Positions 25,750-39,530 of a stretch of 64,000 bases of DNA are shown here, piece by piece. The position numbers and the translations under genes were made by a program. This stretch comes from Eledone cirrhosa (taxonomy: Eukaryota). Where the stretch lies: positions 140,678,001-140,742,000 of the forward strand of contig OZ024742.1 of assembly GCA_964016885.1 (NCBI GenBank), in the 5' to 3' direction. Numbering within the stretch: the first letter of the stretch is position 1; the number at the start of each line of letters is the position of its first letter. A model generated the notes under the pieces. The model did no database searches and was not told where the DNA came from. It saw only the letters and a list, made by a program, of their open reading frames with translations.

Positions 25750-27074
25750 TTTATAATAAAACAATATTAGAAACCCACATCTCAAAAAGTTGCACCTTAG
25801 TTAGCTTTTGCTACCTTTTACTACCACATTTCTAACGAAACACAGTCTATGATTTTCAAATAATTTTTGAAAGAATTCAGAATTTGGAGAGATTAAGTCA
25901 TATGATATTTGGAACATAACAAATGTTCATTATCATCATTTTGTGTCAACTTTTTGTGTTGGCATGAGTTGGCTAGGCCATCATGGTCTGAGAGACAATG
26001 GTTTGGATACATGTTCCCAAGTTTGGTATGGTTTCTACAGTTGGATGCTCTTCCAAAGACCAATCATTTTACAGTGTGTACTGAATACCTTTTATCATGG
26101 CACTAGCACTACCATTTTACAGTTTGTACTGGGTGCATTTTATTATCTTTTAAATAAGTAGTTTTGTTATAAAACCGAAAGTGGTTTAGTATCAAGAGGG
26201 TTAAAACATATGGAAGATTCTATAGTAGAAAGAAACAATCTGAACTAGCAAGACAAAATTTGAGTTATCAATCAGTGAAACGTAAGAACAGCTGCTGAAA
26301 GTTATTGATCTCTTCCTGTCCTAATTACGACACAATGATGTTGCCTTTTAAACAGACTCTGATACTGACAACAATTCTCTTCAATGCATCTTAAAGTCTT
26401 CTCTAAATATTTTAAAAACTGAATGAATATCTTAAGAAAAGAAAAATCTAAAAATTACATTAGAAAATAATTATATATGTTTTACGTATTCTTTGCTAAG
26501 GTAAACATGACAATGTAACATCTTTAAACTTTTCATGAGTGTATTTCAATTAATTAATGGATAATTTTGAGGGGTTTACTTAAATTAAATTACTAATTAT
26601 TTCACTGCTAAGATAGTATTGAAATAATTAATAAAATCTTTCAATATAAAATTATAATGAAAAATTTTAATTTTTATAGGAACCATTTAAAATTGCTAGC
26701 TTTATTTCATAGAACCAGAGCTAGTTTTGGCTGGGTTGGTATCAAAAGGATTATTATGAGTATCATCATCTGTAACAACCATTTCTCTCTCTCCCTCTCT
26801 CTGTCAAAGTAAAAATAACTAAATGCCTAGTGAATTAAAAAAATATTGTTGGTAACAACATGAAAAATATATAATTTATCTGACTTTTGCAAAAATGAAG
26901 ATATTTGCTGATGGCATACATATATATATGCGTTCATCATTGTCTTTAAGCCTGTTTTTCCATACTTGCACAAGTATGTGTATGAATGTATATATATATA
27001 TATACACATGCACGTGTGTGTGAGAGAGAGAGAGCGTTTGTAAATAAACAATGGGGCATCAGGTGAATTGAAAT

Positions 27075-27350
27075 GTGAAGTCACATGGTCTAATGATCAG
27101 GATGTTCGACTTATGATCATAATATCATCAGCCCAATTCCTGAACGGGGTACTGCGTCATGTTCTTGAGCAAAGCACTTTATTTTCAGTTGCCCCAGTAC
27201 ACTCAGCTGAGAGAAAGTACCAGCTGTAGCTAGGGAGTTAATCCTGCGATAGACCACCATCCTGTCCAGGGAGAGTCTTGAACTCTCAGTCACTTAACAC
27301 CAAGGAAACCAGGGATAAACACTAGCCTGATAAGCCTTTGTCTTAGAACA
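27075..27350 (+). mobile_element. tRNA-derived SINE (decayed)
   Basis: Degenerate A/B boxes and the cttgagcaaagcactttatt core. A related copy lies on - at ~28370-28610. Confidence 0.6.
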
Positions 27351-27544
27351 GTAAGTTGAAATGCTTAGAAATGTAGAAAATCTTGAACACAGGAGATAGC
27401 TGTGAACATAGCTTAGAAAATCAAGTAAAATACTCCTGTAGACAGAAAAAAGTGGCCAGCTGCTACTTCATTTATTTATTATACAATTGCTGTTATATTT
27501 ATTTTGATAATAACTATTAGACTTAGCATTAACATAACTACACA

Positions 27545-28300
27545 TTAGGTTTATGGTATGGGTAGTAGAGTTTATTATTGAGGTTTAGGGTGATGTCTAA
27601 AAAGTTAACCATTTTCCTATTAGGGTTTATTTCTATTCTAAGTCCCAAATTTCTAAAAAAGTACCTAATCTCTCTCTTCCTTCTCTCCAGTATAGTAGTG
27701 CTATGGTCAGTGACTGTGAAGAGGGCATCATCACAGTATAAACCACTGTTGAGGCTGGGAATTTCCTCCTTAATTTGCTTAAGTATGAATAACCGAACTA
27801 GGGTGTTACCTGCATGGAGTTGCTGGAGGGTTACTCAAGAGGTTTTCTTATAATTCTTTCTTAGTTCCCTGAGAATTATGTAGTTCTACATATTAATGTC
27901 CATGCTGTATATGTTGTTGGTTTTGTCAGCATTGACAAGTATTTTATCCGACTCTCTTAGACTGGTGACGTGGTTCCTAACTAAGGCTCCTCAGGTACTT
28001 CCACACCCTGAAGGGGCTACTAGAGAATTTAAGGTTTGAGATGATGCTAATCATCTCATTTTCAAATTTCTTGAATAGCCTATTATGGGAAAGATTTCTC
28101 CTTGACTTGAATAGGTACTCCAAATTGCGTGGGTTTGTCTCGTACTTAACATCAGGTGTTCCTGAATCAAAATGGAACGCCCTCCACTGCATTCTGCAGA
28201 TGAGTGAGTCTGTTTTTGCAAGGAGAAGCCTGGTGTATTCCTGCTTGTATACTTTGTTGAGTGCTCTATTCTGCATACAATAGTTTTGGTTGTTTAACTA
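27545..28300 (-). mobile_element. Penelope-like element, internally deleted coding fragment
   Basis: Minus strand encodes RMQWRAFHF...FKS...FENEM, ILVNADKTNNIYSM and GLYCDD...VNFLDITLNL...PYHKPN, which are PLE N-terminal and RT motifs. Confidence 0.85.
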
Positions 28301-30415
28301 ACACATCTTACCATGTGTGTGTACCCATAGATATGTATATATATATATAAAAAAGTTTAAAGTCTGTCTCAAGCTTGGAGGTTTATCAGGCTGGTCTTTA
28401 TTCTGATTTCATTCACTTTAAGCAACTGTGAGTATAAAACTCATCTCTGGACAGGACAGTAGTCCATTGCAGGGTCAACTCCTAGTTACTGCTGATGCTT
28501 ATTTCAATCTGGGTGAATTGGAGCAATGTGAAATGAAGTGTTTTGCTGAAGGACACAATGTGCTACTCTGTCCAGAAATCAAACCCATGATATAACGATT
28601 CTAAACCTAATACCATTTTGTGTGTATGATATAGAACAATTAGTTACTACACACTGTGCTGACTAGCTTTAATATTAAATTTCAAGTGCGATGGTTTTGA
28701 AGTGTTATTTTTATGCCAAAATATTAATCCATAATAATAATTAAAATCAATCTCCTATAAAAATAATTGCTTCCTTTGAAATTCTCTATTTTCTATTTCA
28801 CAAGAAATTTATGGTATTGACTGTATTTTCAAGATGTCAAGGTGATATTGTTCCTCTTCTTTGTGTAATCCATTGAATAGATTTTATTTTTTGTAAATAG
28901 TAAACCAATGTCATGATATGATAAAAGTTTCTAAATTTATTTTAAAACCAAAACATCATTTCATATATTTCATCTACTTGTGGATGACAGCATATGCAAG
29001 CATGGCTGAATGGTTAAAAAGTTTGCTTCAAATTACAAGGTTTCAGGTTTGATCTCACTGTGTGGAATCTTGGGCAAGTGTCATTTACACATGTAATTCT
29101 AAAGGCCAACTTTACAATACACTCTCATGCTGAACCTCCCAGAGAATTACATTAAAGGCATGTGTATCTGTGGAATGCTCAGTTACCTGCACATTCATTT
29201 TGCAAGCAGGCTGTTCATTGAAACTGATATAGATTGTTTCTGTTCCATGTGGATAAAACTAACACTGTTCCATACACATGTATGCTTATATGATGATATA
29301 GAGGGTAGCAGTCAACCAGTATGCTGGCCCAGGACCTCCCTGGATAGCTAAAAACAAGCCTGTGAATGTCTGATGACCTCACCCCTAAAAAAAAGCTCCC
29401 AGACCTTTTGAGTTTTGAGAGGAGCTTCCCTAATCCTGTAACCCTAAATTAGTCTTGATTTACCTCACAAAAGTTTTTCTCAGAGCTCCTGTTGATGTCA
29501 TTACCTAACACTGTTTTCTTATTATCTTCCTCTTTAATTTATTTACATGAGAATGGTTTGGTGGATGAATGCAATATTATTCAGAGAAAAGACAAACAAT
29601 GAATCATAGGAGATATTGGGAATAGAGCCAGTGTTGAGAAAAAAAATGATATGAGATGGTTGGGTTGTGTGGTAAGGATTGGCGAAAGTTATTGGGTAAG
29701 AGTGATAATAAAAATGAATGTGGAAGGAAATGAAAGAAGGAGAAGACCAAGAAAGACATGGCTAAAGGTGATGGAGGAGGAAATGAGAGTAAAGGTGTTG
29801 ATGAGGGTGGGATGCAGAGGAGAGGGCAAAATGGAGAAGTTTGTCATGGGATTTGTTTTGGCAATGAAAAAGACCTTAAAACACTAGTTATGTATGATTT
29901 AGGTATTTGCTGTTAGGCATATCCATATACATTCTTCATGAACAGAAATCTCTGACACATCAAATAATTTAGATGCTTTCAAAAACATCAAAATATAGAT
30001 ATTATATTTTTATGGAGTTAGCATTTATCCTGCTTTAAGGAAAAGTCTGTTTATCATATTGATGTGACTGAGATGTTGTGCCAATCATCATATCATATCA
30101 GCTGACAATGGAAGTCTATCGCTTTTAGCCAGGCCCCAAAGGTGCTGTTTGTTTGTTACAAGGAAACCGGTGATAGGAGGTTGAATTTGAACATAGAATG
30201 CAAAGAAGCAGAACAAATTCCACAAAGCAGCTTGTCTGACACTCTCACAATTCCACTAATCTACTGCTCTGAACTGGTAATTTATTTATCAACCATGAAA
30301 AGATGAAAAGCAAAGTTGATGTTAGTGGGATTTGAACTGAGAGTGCTGCAAAACATTTCAACCTATGCTCTACATTTTAGATAGGAGATTTTTGTTTGTT
30401 TCATATGGTATCTTA

Positions 30416-32256
30416 TCTATATATATAAAACTGTTGTTGTCTGTGTATGTGTGTCCCCTCATTTTTGCAAAGTCTATACAAATCCACATTTCTACTCCGA
30501 TTGACTTCAAACTTGCATTTATATATTGCCTGCAGTCTAAAGATATTAACTGCAGCTTTTATTTTTCAATTTTCTGATGTTAAAGGGGTGTTAGGCGCCG
30601 GTTATCGATCTCCGTCGAGCCCTTATAATGTATGCCTGTATGTCTGGCTGTCTGCATAACGACATTCTGACGAACACGTCATTGCTGTCGTATTATCTTC
30701 GCTACATTCACACACACACATATATATACATATATACTTATATATACATATATATATATACACATACGCACACATACATATACATATATATCATAATCTA
30801 TAAAGCTCAGTGTATGGACATGCTCCTTTGTTATAGAAATCTACGATATAGAATTTCTTCAATTGAAATTTACAATTCAGTATTCGAAATAGCTTCGATT
30901 GCGTCTTGGCACATATAATTTTTTCAATTTCACCCACAATTACGCAAAAAATAGATAAAACTCAATATTTTACGATTTTTCTCTCTCATTTAAACTGCTA
31001 AACTCTTTCCATTACCATTCAAAATCTATACAACTTCATACTTTCTGCTACTTTCTCTTTCCAAGCTTGATGGTGATACTGTCCGTTTTACTCTCTCATA
31101 TCATCTGCCTCCCTCTATCTACAACCCACACATTTTGCTACTTTCTCTTTTATACTTCAAACTTACTGATTTATTTCCAAACGCATACAAACACACACTC
31201 ACTTCAAATGATAAAAAAACATTTAAAGCAATTAAACAACGTGCGTGATTGCAGAAGAGAGAGAGAGAAGAGAGTGAGAGGGAGAGAGAGAGAAGAGAGT
31301 GAGAGGGAGAGAGAGAGAGAACGTTTATTATTACATAAAGTACCAGTAATGTACTGGGTAATTGCTGGTCTTGTGCCAAAAAAGTAGAAACAATTATTAC
31401 ATTTCATAAGAAACGACAATTATTCAAAAGCAACAGATACATTTATTCAACAACAAGCGATAAATCTTTTTTTAAAACCTCTCAACGAACGTGGATTCTT
31501 ACAGACTTTGAGTCGATTCGGTTTGAAATTGTGCAAATGTATAAACATGGAACATGTGCACACACACAACAACAACAACAATCTGCCTTTTATAGATAAT
31601 GATAAACAATAATATCCTCTATGAGGTCACTAAACCTGCTAGAAACAGCAGCTAACTCTCCCCCATACCACACCCCTCCCTACTGTCTTAAATTTAGAAA
31701 ACATATCTTCTATGAGGTCACTAAACCTGCTAGAAACAGCAGCTAACTCTCCCCCATATCACACCCCTCCCTACTGTCTTAAATTTAGAAAACATATCTT
31801 CTATGAGGTCACTAAACCTGCTAGAAACAGCAGCTAACTCTCCCCCATATCACACCACTCCCTACTGTCTTAAATTTAGAAAACACATATCCTCTATGAG
31901 GTCACTAAACCTTCTAGAAACAACAGTAACTCTCCCTCATATCACAACCCTCCCTACTGTCTTAAATTTAGAAAACACACAGACAACCATGCAGAACAAC
32001 TCCATCGCAGCTCTGTTGTTCGGCTGGCATCGTTTATGCGTGTGTTGCGCAAGTACTGTGAAACAATAAATTTCAACACTTTTTTGCACAGAGATAGGCG
32101 AAACTACAATTGTCACTGCTGGCGCAGCTCCTGCTTCCAGGTCTGCAATTCATTCACCCAGTGCCTGGCAGACAAAAAAGTGCTGCCATAAAATGGGTAG
32201 TGCAACCTAACTTTGGTAACTTAATGACCCCGAGCAACACCGGGCTTTAATGCTAG
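30416..32256 (+). mobile_element. Non-autonomous Helitron (composite)
   Basis: A|TCTATATATATAAAA 5' end, cccgagcaacaccggg hairpin and CTAG|T 3' end. CpG-richer, microsatellite-laden interior. Confidence 0.65.
31612..31978. repeat. Minisatellite, 91-93-bp unit, 4 copies, SINE-derived
   Basis: atgaggtcactaaacctgctagaaacagc recurs at 31621, 31712, 31803 and 31896. A single similar copy is at ~50535-50600. Confidence 0.9.
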
Positions 32257-32296
32257 TATATATATACAAAAGTTTAAGCAAAGAATCGTTGTTTAT

Positions 32297-32299
<3 letters not shown>

Positions 32300-32334
<35 letters not shown>

Positions 32335-33027
32335 TATATATAAACTGAGGATGTGTGTATGTCCGTACCCACAGAACTTCTACAGTTTGCAACCGATTTT
32401 CTTCGAATTTGGAACAAACATGTTATGTTCCCAGGAGTCTTTTGGACTCATAAAAGTTTCAAGTTTTTGTTAATGCGGCCCCTAGATAAATATTGGTTGG
32501 CTGGTTGCACGAAAACTACACACACACACACACACATACATATACATCTAAAGAGATAAAGGGAGATGTAGAGAGAGAGAGAGTGAGATAGGTTGTTATA
32601 CAGAGAGAGGTACAAGATATTCAGATAGAGAGAGAGAATGGCGACGAACGCTGGTTCACACACACACACACACACACACACAAACATATATATAAAGACA
32701 AAGAGAGAGAGAGGGAGAGAGATCTGCGCGTTCTTTATTGTTCTCCATTCTTAAGAGGAAGAGAGAGAGAGGGGGGTATGAGAGAGAGCGAGAGAAAGAG
32801 AGAGAGGGTATGAGAAAAAAGGGAGAGAGGATTTGAGAAAGAAAGAAAGAAAGAGAGTGAGGAACTTTAACTTTTATTTATTTATCTATTCTTTACACAC
32901 TGTTCAACTCTCCCCTTTCCTCAACCTAATGTCTTTTTCTGTCTTTCACGAAGTCGTACTGTAACTGTGTGTGTTATATATATTTATGTCCGCACACACA
33001 CAAAAAGACGCATCTCTCTCTCTTTCT

Positions 33028-33062
<35 letters not shown>

Positions 33063-33532
33063 TTATAAGAACAGATTAATGTTTAAGCAAGGAATCGCTG
33101 CTTTCAACATTAACGGAATCTTCTGAAACTAAAAAATTCAATCTGTGAACGCAGAAGTAAATATTTCGAGAAACGTTGCAACCGAAGGAAAACAGGAAGA
33201 TGATATTTTGGTTTGTGAAAACGTTCCCTGGCAATGAACGGAAAAAAAGCTAGGATAATACGTCGTTATGTGGAGCGAGAAGAACAATTTCATGCAAAGA
33301 CGAGATCAAGTTTATGGTATAAATGGAGTCGTTAGACTAATATTCTATTTAAAATAACCAAATGATTTCCAGCCCCGCAGTTTAAGAATGATGTAAATAA
33401 AATTGTAAACGAAAATGACAGAGGTTATTAAAATAGTAAAAGTAAATAGTGAAGATTTAGGCCAGTACTTACGTATGCGCCGACAGACATATACATACAC
33501 ACACACACAAATACATACACACACACACAAAC

Positions 33533-33573
<41 letters not shown>

Positions 33574-33999
33574 CCTTATGCATTTCTACAGTATTTTCAC
33601 CAAACTTAAGACAGGTTACTTATGTACTCCAGATGGTCATGGGCACTTTCATTTTTCCAGATATTGATTTTAGGGCCTCCCGGCAGATAACCCCCTTCAA
33701 CCGCTTCCTTGGAGTCAACTGAAGCACTGCAGTGCAATGCAACAAAACGTCATAACTTCTGGAGTTTGCAACCGATTTTCACAAAACTTGACACATGGGC
33801 TACGTTTGTTCTACAGATGAATGTGAACTCTCAGAATTGGCACATATTGAGTAGGGGACCCATGGTGGCAGGGACCCCCTTTTGGAAAAAGCCAATGATT
33901 TTGTAAAAGTATAGTTTTCGAAGCAGCACTGAAGTATTGACATAAATGGTATATATAACTGCTATTTAATACCCGAGCAACGCCGGGTACCTCTGCTAG
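32300..33999 (+). mobile_element. Non-autonomous Helitron (composite), in tandem after the previous one
   Basis: 3' hairpin cccgagcaacgccggg plus CTAG|T at 33972-34000. The 5' end is buried in (TA)n. Confidence 0.65.
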
Positions 34000-35689
34000 T
34001 GTTTGATAAGAGTCTTTGCTGTTGATGTGTATGTGTTTGATGTTATTATTTGATGTGGTGTGGTGTGATCATTCATTGCTAGTGTTCTTGATACTGCTAA
34101 TACAAATGAGTTGAAAGAAAAACCAGGCATAAGGGAAATCAGTTGTAGTGTGCAAGAAATTGCACTGGTATAGCACATGATGTATATGGATGATGATTAT
34201 TGAGTAAAGAAATGCCACAAGTTAATAGTGGATGGGAACTGCAGAAGAGGAGAGAACCAAACAAAACCTGTCCCTCATAAAGGAGATAATGAAGAAACAT
34301 GACAGTGGAGGAAAGCTACATAGAGAAGCATATGTAAAATTAACGATGATAATGATGATTATGCGATTTTTTCCCTTTAATACAAAATTTAAGGTGGATG
34401 CAAATGTATAACAGATTTTTGTTTCTATTCTTTTTTTTCTTCTTGTTTAAGTTTTTGTATTGATTTTTTATATTTAATTGTATTGTGTGCGAACACATAA
34501 GAAAGATTTCTACAGGGTGGTGGTCCTTGAAGTGAGTGATGGAATGTAATGTAGCTGATAATTGGAATGAATTAAGTAGGAGCAGTTTCTAATCAAAAAT
34601 ATTAGGAGGCTTTTTCCAAGGCTTTCATAATTATAGCTTGTCAAATATTTTCATTTCAAATTTCAATAGTATGCATCTACAACTTTTCTCTAATTAAGTT
34701 AATAATAAAGAACATTGTAATAATTAATAGGAATTTTAATAAAAAATATTTCAATATTCTAAATTGAAACTAAAATCTATATTTTGGCTTCAAAATTCTT
34801 TTTAAATAATTAAACAGAAAAAAAAGACTTTCAAATTCACTTTCTTAAATTACTGTAGATTAAATATGAAATGTTATTTTTGTGACAAATTGTGAAACCG
34901 TGTCATGAATAAAAAGATCAATTTTTTCTGGACTGTTTGATTCTATTTGAAACCATTTTGCTCCACTCTTTCTAAAATTAATAGTGATTATTGCATAACA
35001 TTGGTACCTTGTATATCATCATCACCATTTTCTATCTCTGTATAGTTTGGATGGGTTGAGACTGACAGATCAGACAACTACATCTTCCATTTTGGCATGG
35101 TTTTTACAGCTGGATATCTTTCCTACTACTAATCAGTTTACAGCAAGTGAAGTGTATTTTATCATTGCACAAGGACTGCTGTTTTACAGAATAAACATGG
35201 TGCATTTTATCATGGCACCAGAACTACCATTTTACAGAGTGTATCGGTTGCATTTTATTGTAGAACCGGCACTACCATTATACAGAGTGTACTGGGTTGC
35301 TTTATCATGGCACTAGTGCTACCACTTTACAGAGTGTACTGGTTGCATTTTATTGTGGTACCAGCACTTGTTTGTTTGTTATGTCCTCATTCAAGCAAAG
35401 AGAGGTAATGATGGATGAGGGGATAGGAACATGACAGAGGTAGCATTATTGTGGTTGTGGGGAAATAGCAGCTGAGAGTCATCATTCGGAGAGGATGAGT
35501 ACATGTGTTGGGTAGTGGAAGTGGCCTTCAAGGGAGCAATGGTTGAAAGCTTAGAGCAAAAGTGATAGATTCACAACATTAGTGGATATATAAAACCATG
35601 CCAAAATGGAAGATGTAGTTGTCTGATCTATCATAGTCTCAACCCATCCAAACTATACAGAGATAAATCTTTTGCTCTCTCTCAATACT

Positions 35690-38600
35690 ATTCTATAATT
35701 CTGTCTGGTTGTTTCTAAATAATCTTCTTGTATTTTAAAACCCCATTATTCGCTTATTATTACTGTTATATGCTTCTCCAATTATGCCCAAAATTCGAAG
35801 ATTTCATTTAAACCCTCTCGATAACTACTCCATACCCCTCCCACCCACCCCCACTCTCCACCATTATTATTAGGACCAATCATAAGTCAGCGGCCTATGC
35901 TATCACTTCTGGTTGCTTGCCGATATGATGGATGGACTATAGAATTCTGGGGAGTCTGAAAAATCTGGACACTCAGTGACAATGCTAAAAATAAAGACAA
36001 ATTCACCACATGCTGCCGGACGAAAAGACAAGGACTCCTCCTCTTTGTTTCGGCCGTGGATGGCCAACATAACCCCAACCCCATCCCCTCACCCCTCCCC
36101 ACGCCCCACCGTTCCCACCCACCAAACGCAATCCAAAACTTCAGAGTTGGTACCATGAATGTAGGCACCTTAAAAGGTCGCTCTAACGAGGTTGTAGAAA
36201 TGCTTGATTGTAAGGAGGTTGATGTTTGCTGTATCCAAGAGACCAGGTGGAGGGGTGGGTCTGCTAGATTCATTGTGGGTAAAAAACGATGCTATAAGCT
36301 TTTCTGGGTGGGAAATGAAAATGGGCTGGGTGGGGTAGGAATCATGTTAGCAGAAAAATGGGTAGATAAGATAATAGACGTAAATAGAGTGAACGACAGA
36401 ATAATTAAATTAAGACTTGTCCTAAATAGAACTACTGTGACAGTAATATCTGCATATGCACCCCAAACCGGACTGCCTGGCGTTATAAAAGACAGATTCT
36501 ATGAGACGTTAATGCTCACTACCTCCCAAATAACCGACAGTGACTACATAATTATCGCTGGCGACCTAAATGGTCATGTTGGACAACATTGTGATGGCTA
36601 TGACGGAACCCATGGAGGCTATGGGTTTGGTACTAGAAATGAGGAAGGTTCCAGAATCCTGGAATTCTGCGATGCAAATAACCTAACTATCTGTAACACT
36701 AACTTAAAAAAACGAGACAATCACTTGATCAGGGGAACACACCAGTCAGATAGATTATATCCTTACCAGAAGACGTGATAGAGTGTCTGTTGTAAACACT
36801 AAATCCCCCCCCCCCCCCATGAAGAATGCACGTCCCAACATAGACTCATAGTCAGCGACCTCATAGTCAGGACAAGACGTACTCGACAACAGAGGAGGAC
36901 TATCCTCAGGAGAAAAATATGGAAGCTAAAGGACCCCACAGCCAGTAATAAATTTAAAAGCATATTACTTGATGCTTTCGACAGTAAGGAAGAGAAATTA
37001 GAGTCATACAATATAGAGGAACAGTGGGAATTCCTGAAAGCTAACCTGCTGAAGGCGGCAGATGAAGTCTGTGGCTGGAGCAGGCCTATAGGCAGGAGGA
37101 GAGTAACGTGGTGGTGGAATAGTAAGGTGGAGGAGTCAATTAAGGCCAAAAAGCAGGCTTGGAAAGTATGGCGGGATGGGGGAAGTAGAGAAGACTATCA
37201 AATGGCCAGGAGGGAAGCTAGGAGACAAGTGTACTTCGCAAGAAGGGAAGCAGAGGAAAGAAAGTTCAAGCATGTTCTACAACGCGAGGACCAAAAACGT
37301 GAGGTGTTCAGCATTGCTAGGCAATGTGTCAAGGAAAACCGTGATATTGTCGGGGGGGAGAAGTGTGTCCTTGCCATCACTGACGCTGATAAGAAGGTAG
37401 CTTGGAAGTGTCACTACGAAAGGCTACTAAATGAGAATAAATGGGAGAAAGACAGTCTCCCCCACATCGATCCAATAGAGGGACCAGCAGTGCTAGTTGA
37501 AGGTAGTATAATAAGTAAGGCAATCAAAGATATGAAGACGGGTAAGGTGGCTGGGCCTTCGGAAATAGTTGCTGAAATGCTGAAAGCATCTGGAATGGTG
37601 GGACACACTATTTTCATCCGGATAGTAAACCAAGTCATACAGAATGGGGCCGTTCCGAAGGACTGGCGTAGCAGCATCATCATTAACTGCTACAAGGGTA
37701 AAGGAGATGCTCTTGATAGGGGTAACTATAGAGGCATTAAATTAATCGACCAGGTCATGACAGTCACAGAAAAAGTAATAGCGCAACTAATCAGAGAACG
37801 AATTGATCTAGATGAAATGCAGTTTGGGTTTGTGTCAGGTAAAAGTACCACAGACGCTCTTTTCATTGTACGACAACTACAAGAGAAGTACATAGCTAAA
37901 AGTAAACCCCTATACTAGCTTTTGTTGACTTGGAGAAAGCCTTTGACAGAGTCCCCCGCTCCATTATCTGGTGGGCGCTTAGAAAACTAGGTGTTGATGA
38001 ATGGCTTGTGAGAGCTATACAAGCCATGTATAAAGAAACAGTCAGCAAGGTTAGAATTAACAACGAATATAGTGAAGAGTTTAGCGTAAAAGTTGGTGTT
38101 CATCAGGGCTCCGTTCTTAGCCCCCTACTATTTATTATTGCCCTTCAGGCTATAACAGAGGAGTTCAAGATCGGCTGCCCATGGGAACTCCTATATGCAG
38201 ATGATCTAACGCTCATAGCTGAATCAATGGCTGAACTAGAGAAGAAATTCCAAACATGGAAGCATGGCCTAGAATCAAAAGGCCTTAAAGTTAACTTGTC
38301 TAAGACTAAAGTTCTAGTTTGTAGGAAGGAAAATAGTGCACCGGTCCCATCTGGGAAATGGCCATGCTCAGTGTGTAGGAAAGGAGTAGGCAGAAACTCC
38401 ATTTTATGTCCCAAATGCAAAGTATGGGTGCATAAAAGATGTAGTGGGATCACAGGTAAGCAAACTAAGAATATAGATTTTATATGTGGCCGGTGCTCTG
38501 GTGCAATAAGTAGCAGCAAGAGCCCACAGAATACTAGCTCATTCCATTGCACAGATGGTTCTATAGAAATAGTGGACACCTTCCATTACCTGGGTGACAA

Positions 38601-39530
38601 AATCAGCAGTGGGGGAGGGTGCTCTGAAAGTACAGTAGCTAGAGTCAGAACGGGATGGAAAAAGTTCAGAGAGCTTATACCACTATTGGCCGCTAAAGGG
38701 TTCTCTCTAAAAATGAAAGGCAGGCTGTATGATGCCTGCATACGAACAGCAATGTTACATGGCAGTGAGACCTGGGCATTGTGTGCAGAGGATATACGCA
38801 GACTGGAGAGAAATGAAGCTTGCATGCTCCGCTGGATGTGTAATAGTAATATACGTGAACGGCAAAGCATAAACGAACTAAGTGAGAAATTAGGAATAAG
38901 AGGGATCAGATGTTGTTTACTCGAGAGAAGACTACGTTGGTACGGTCACGTGATGCGCATGAAAGACGACAGCTGTATAAAAAAGTGCAGGGCGATAAAA
39001 ATAGACGGTAGCCACGGAGTAGGCAGACCCAGAAAAACATGGGACGACTTGATCAATTCCGACCTCACACACTTACACCTCTCCAAGACAATGTCACTGG
39101 ACCGAGAGCTTTGGCGCTACACAGTAATACAGAAGACCCGCCTTGCCTAAGTACAAAGCAAAACCTACAGTCAGTAGGCACCTCTAACAAAATACACCCC
39201 CCCGTCCCACTACCCCCACCCTATCCACACCACCCCCTTAAATGTGAAGTTATGTTGGTACCACAACATCCAGTCCAAAACAAATGAGGTCGTGTAGGTG
39301 TCACGACAAAAAAACACACAGTCCACGCTGTAATGTGGCCATGTAGGTAACACGGTAAAAACCTCCCAGTCCACACTGTAAACGTGGTTGGTGCTAGGAA
39401 GGGCATCCAGCCGTAGAAAACCTGCCAGCCAGTCCTATACGAGCAGGACAACAAATCTTGCCTCAAGTGGGAAAACTCCCGTCCAAACCCATGCAAGCGT
39501 GGAAGATGGACGTTAAACGATGATGATGAT
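35690..39530 (+). mobile_element. Near full-length RTE-clade (BovB-like) LINE, antisense to TRAPPC13
   Basis: APE endonuclease, RT, 3'UTR subrepeats and (GAT)n tail at 39519-39530. Confidence 0.95.
36056..39150 (+). pseudogene. RTE ORF (APE + RT + PHD-like Cys cluster) broken by frameshifts
   Basis: GTMNVGTL, CIQETRW, SAYAPQ, GDLNGHVG, NYRGIKL, GVHQGSVLSPLLF, YADD and WPCSVC...C..C..WVH..C motifs. Frame breaks near 36730 (~11-nt deletion), near the poly-C at 36805 and at ~37916 (1-nt deletion). Confidence 0.92.

Noticed and set aside
36800-36820. Programmed frameshift at the poly-C in the RTE ORF
   Set aside because: RTE elements encode APE and RT in a single ORF. Decay or homopolymer error is simpler, and other indels are present.
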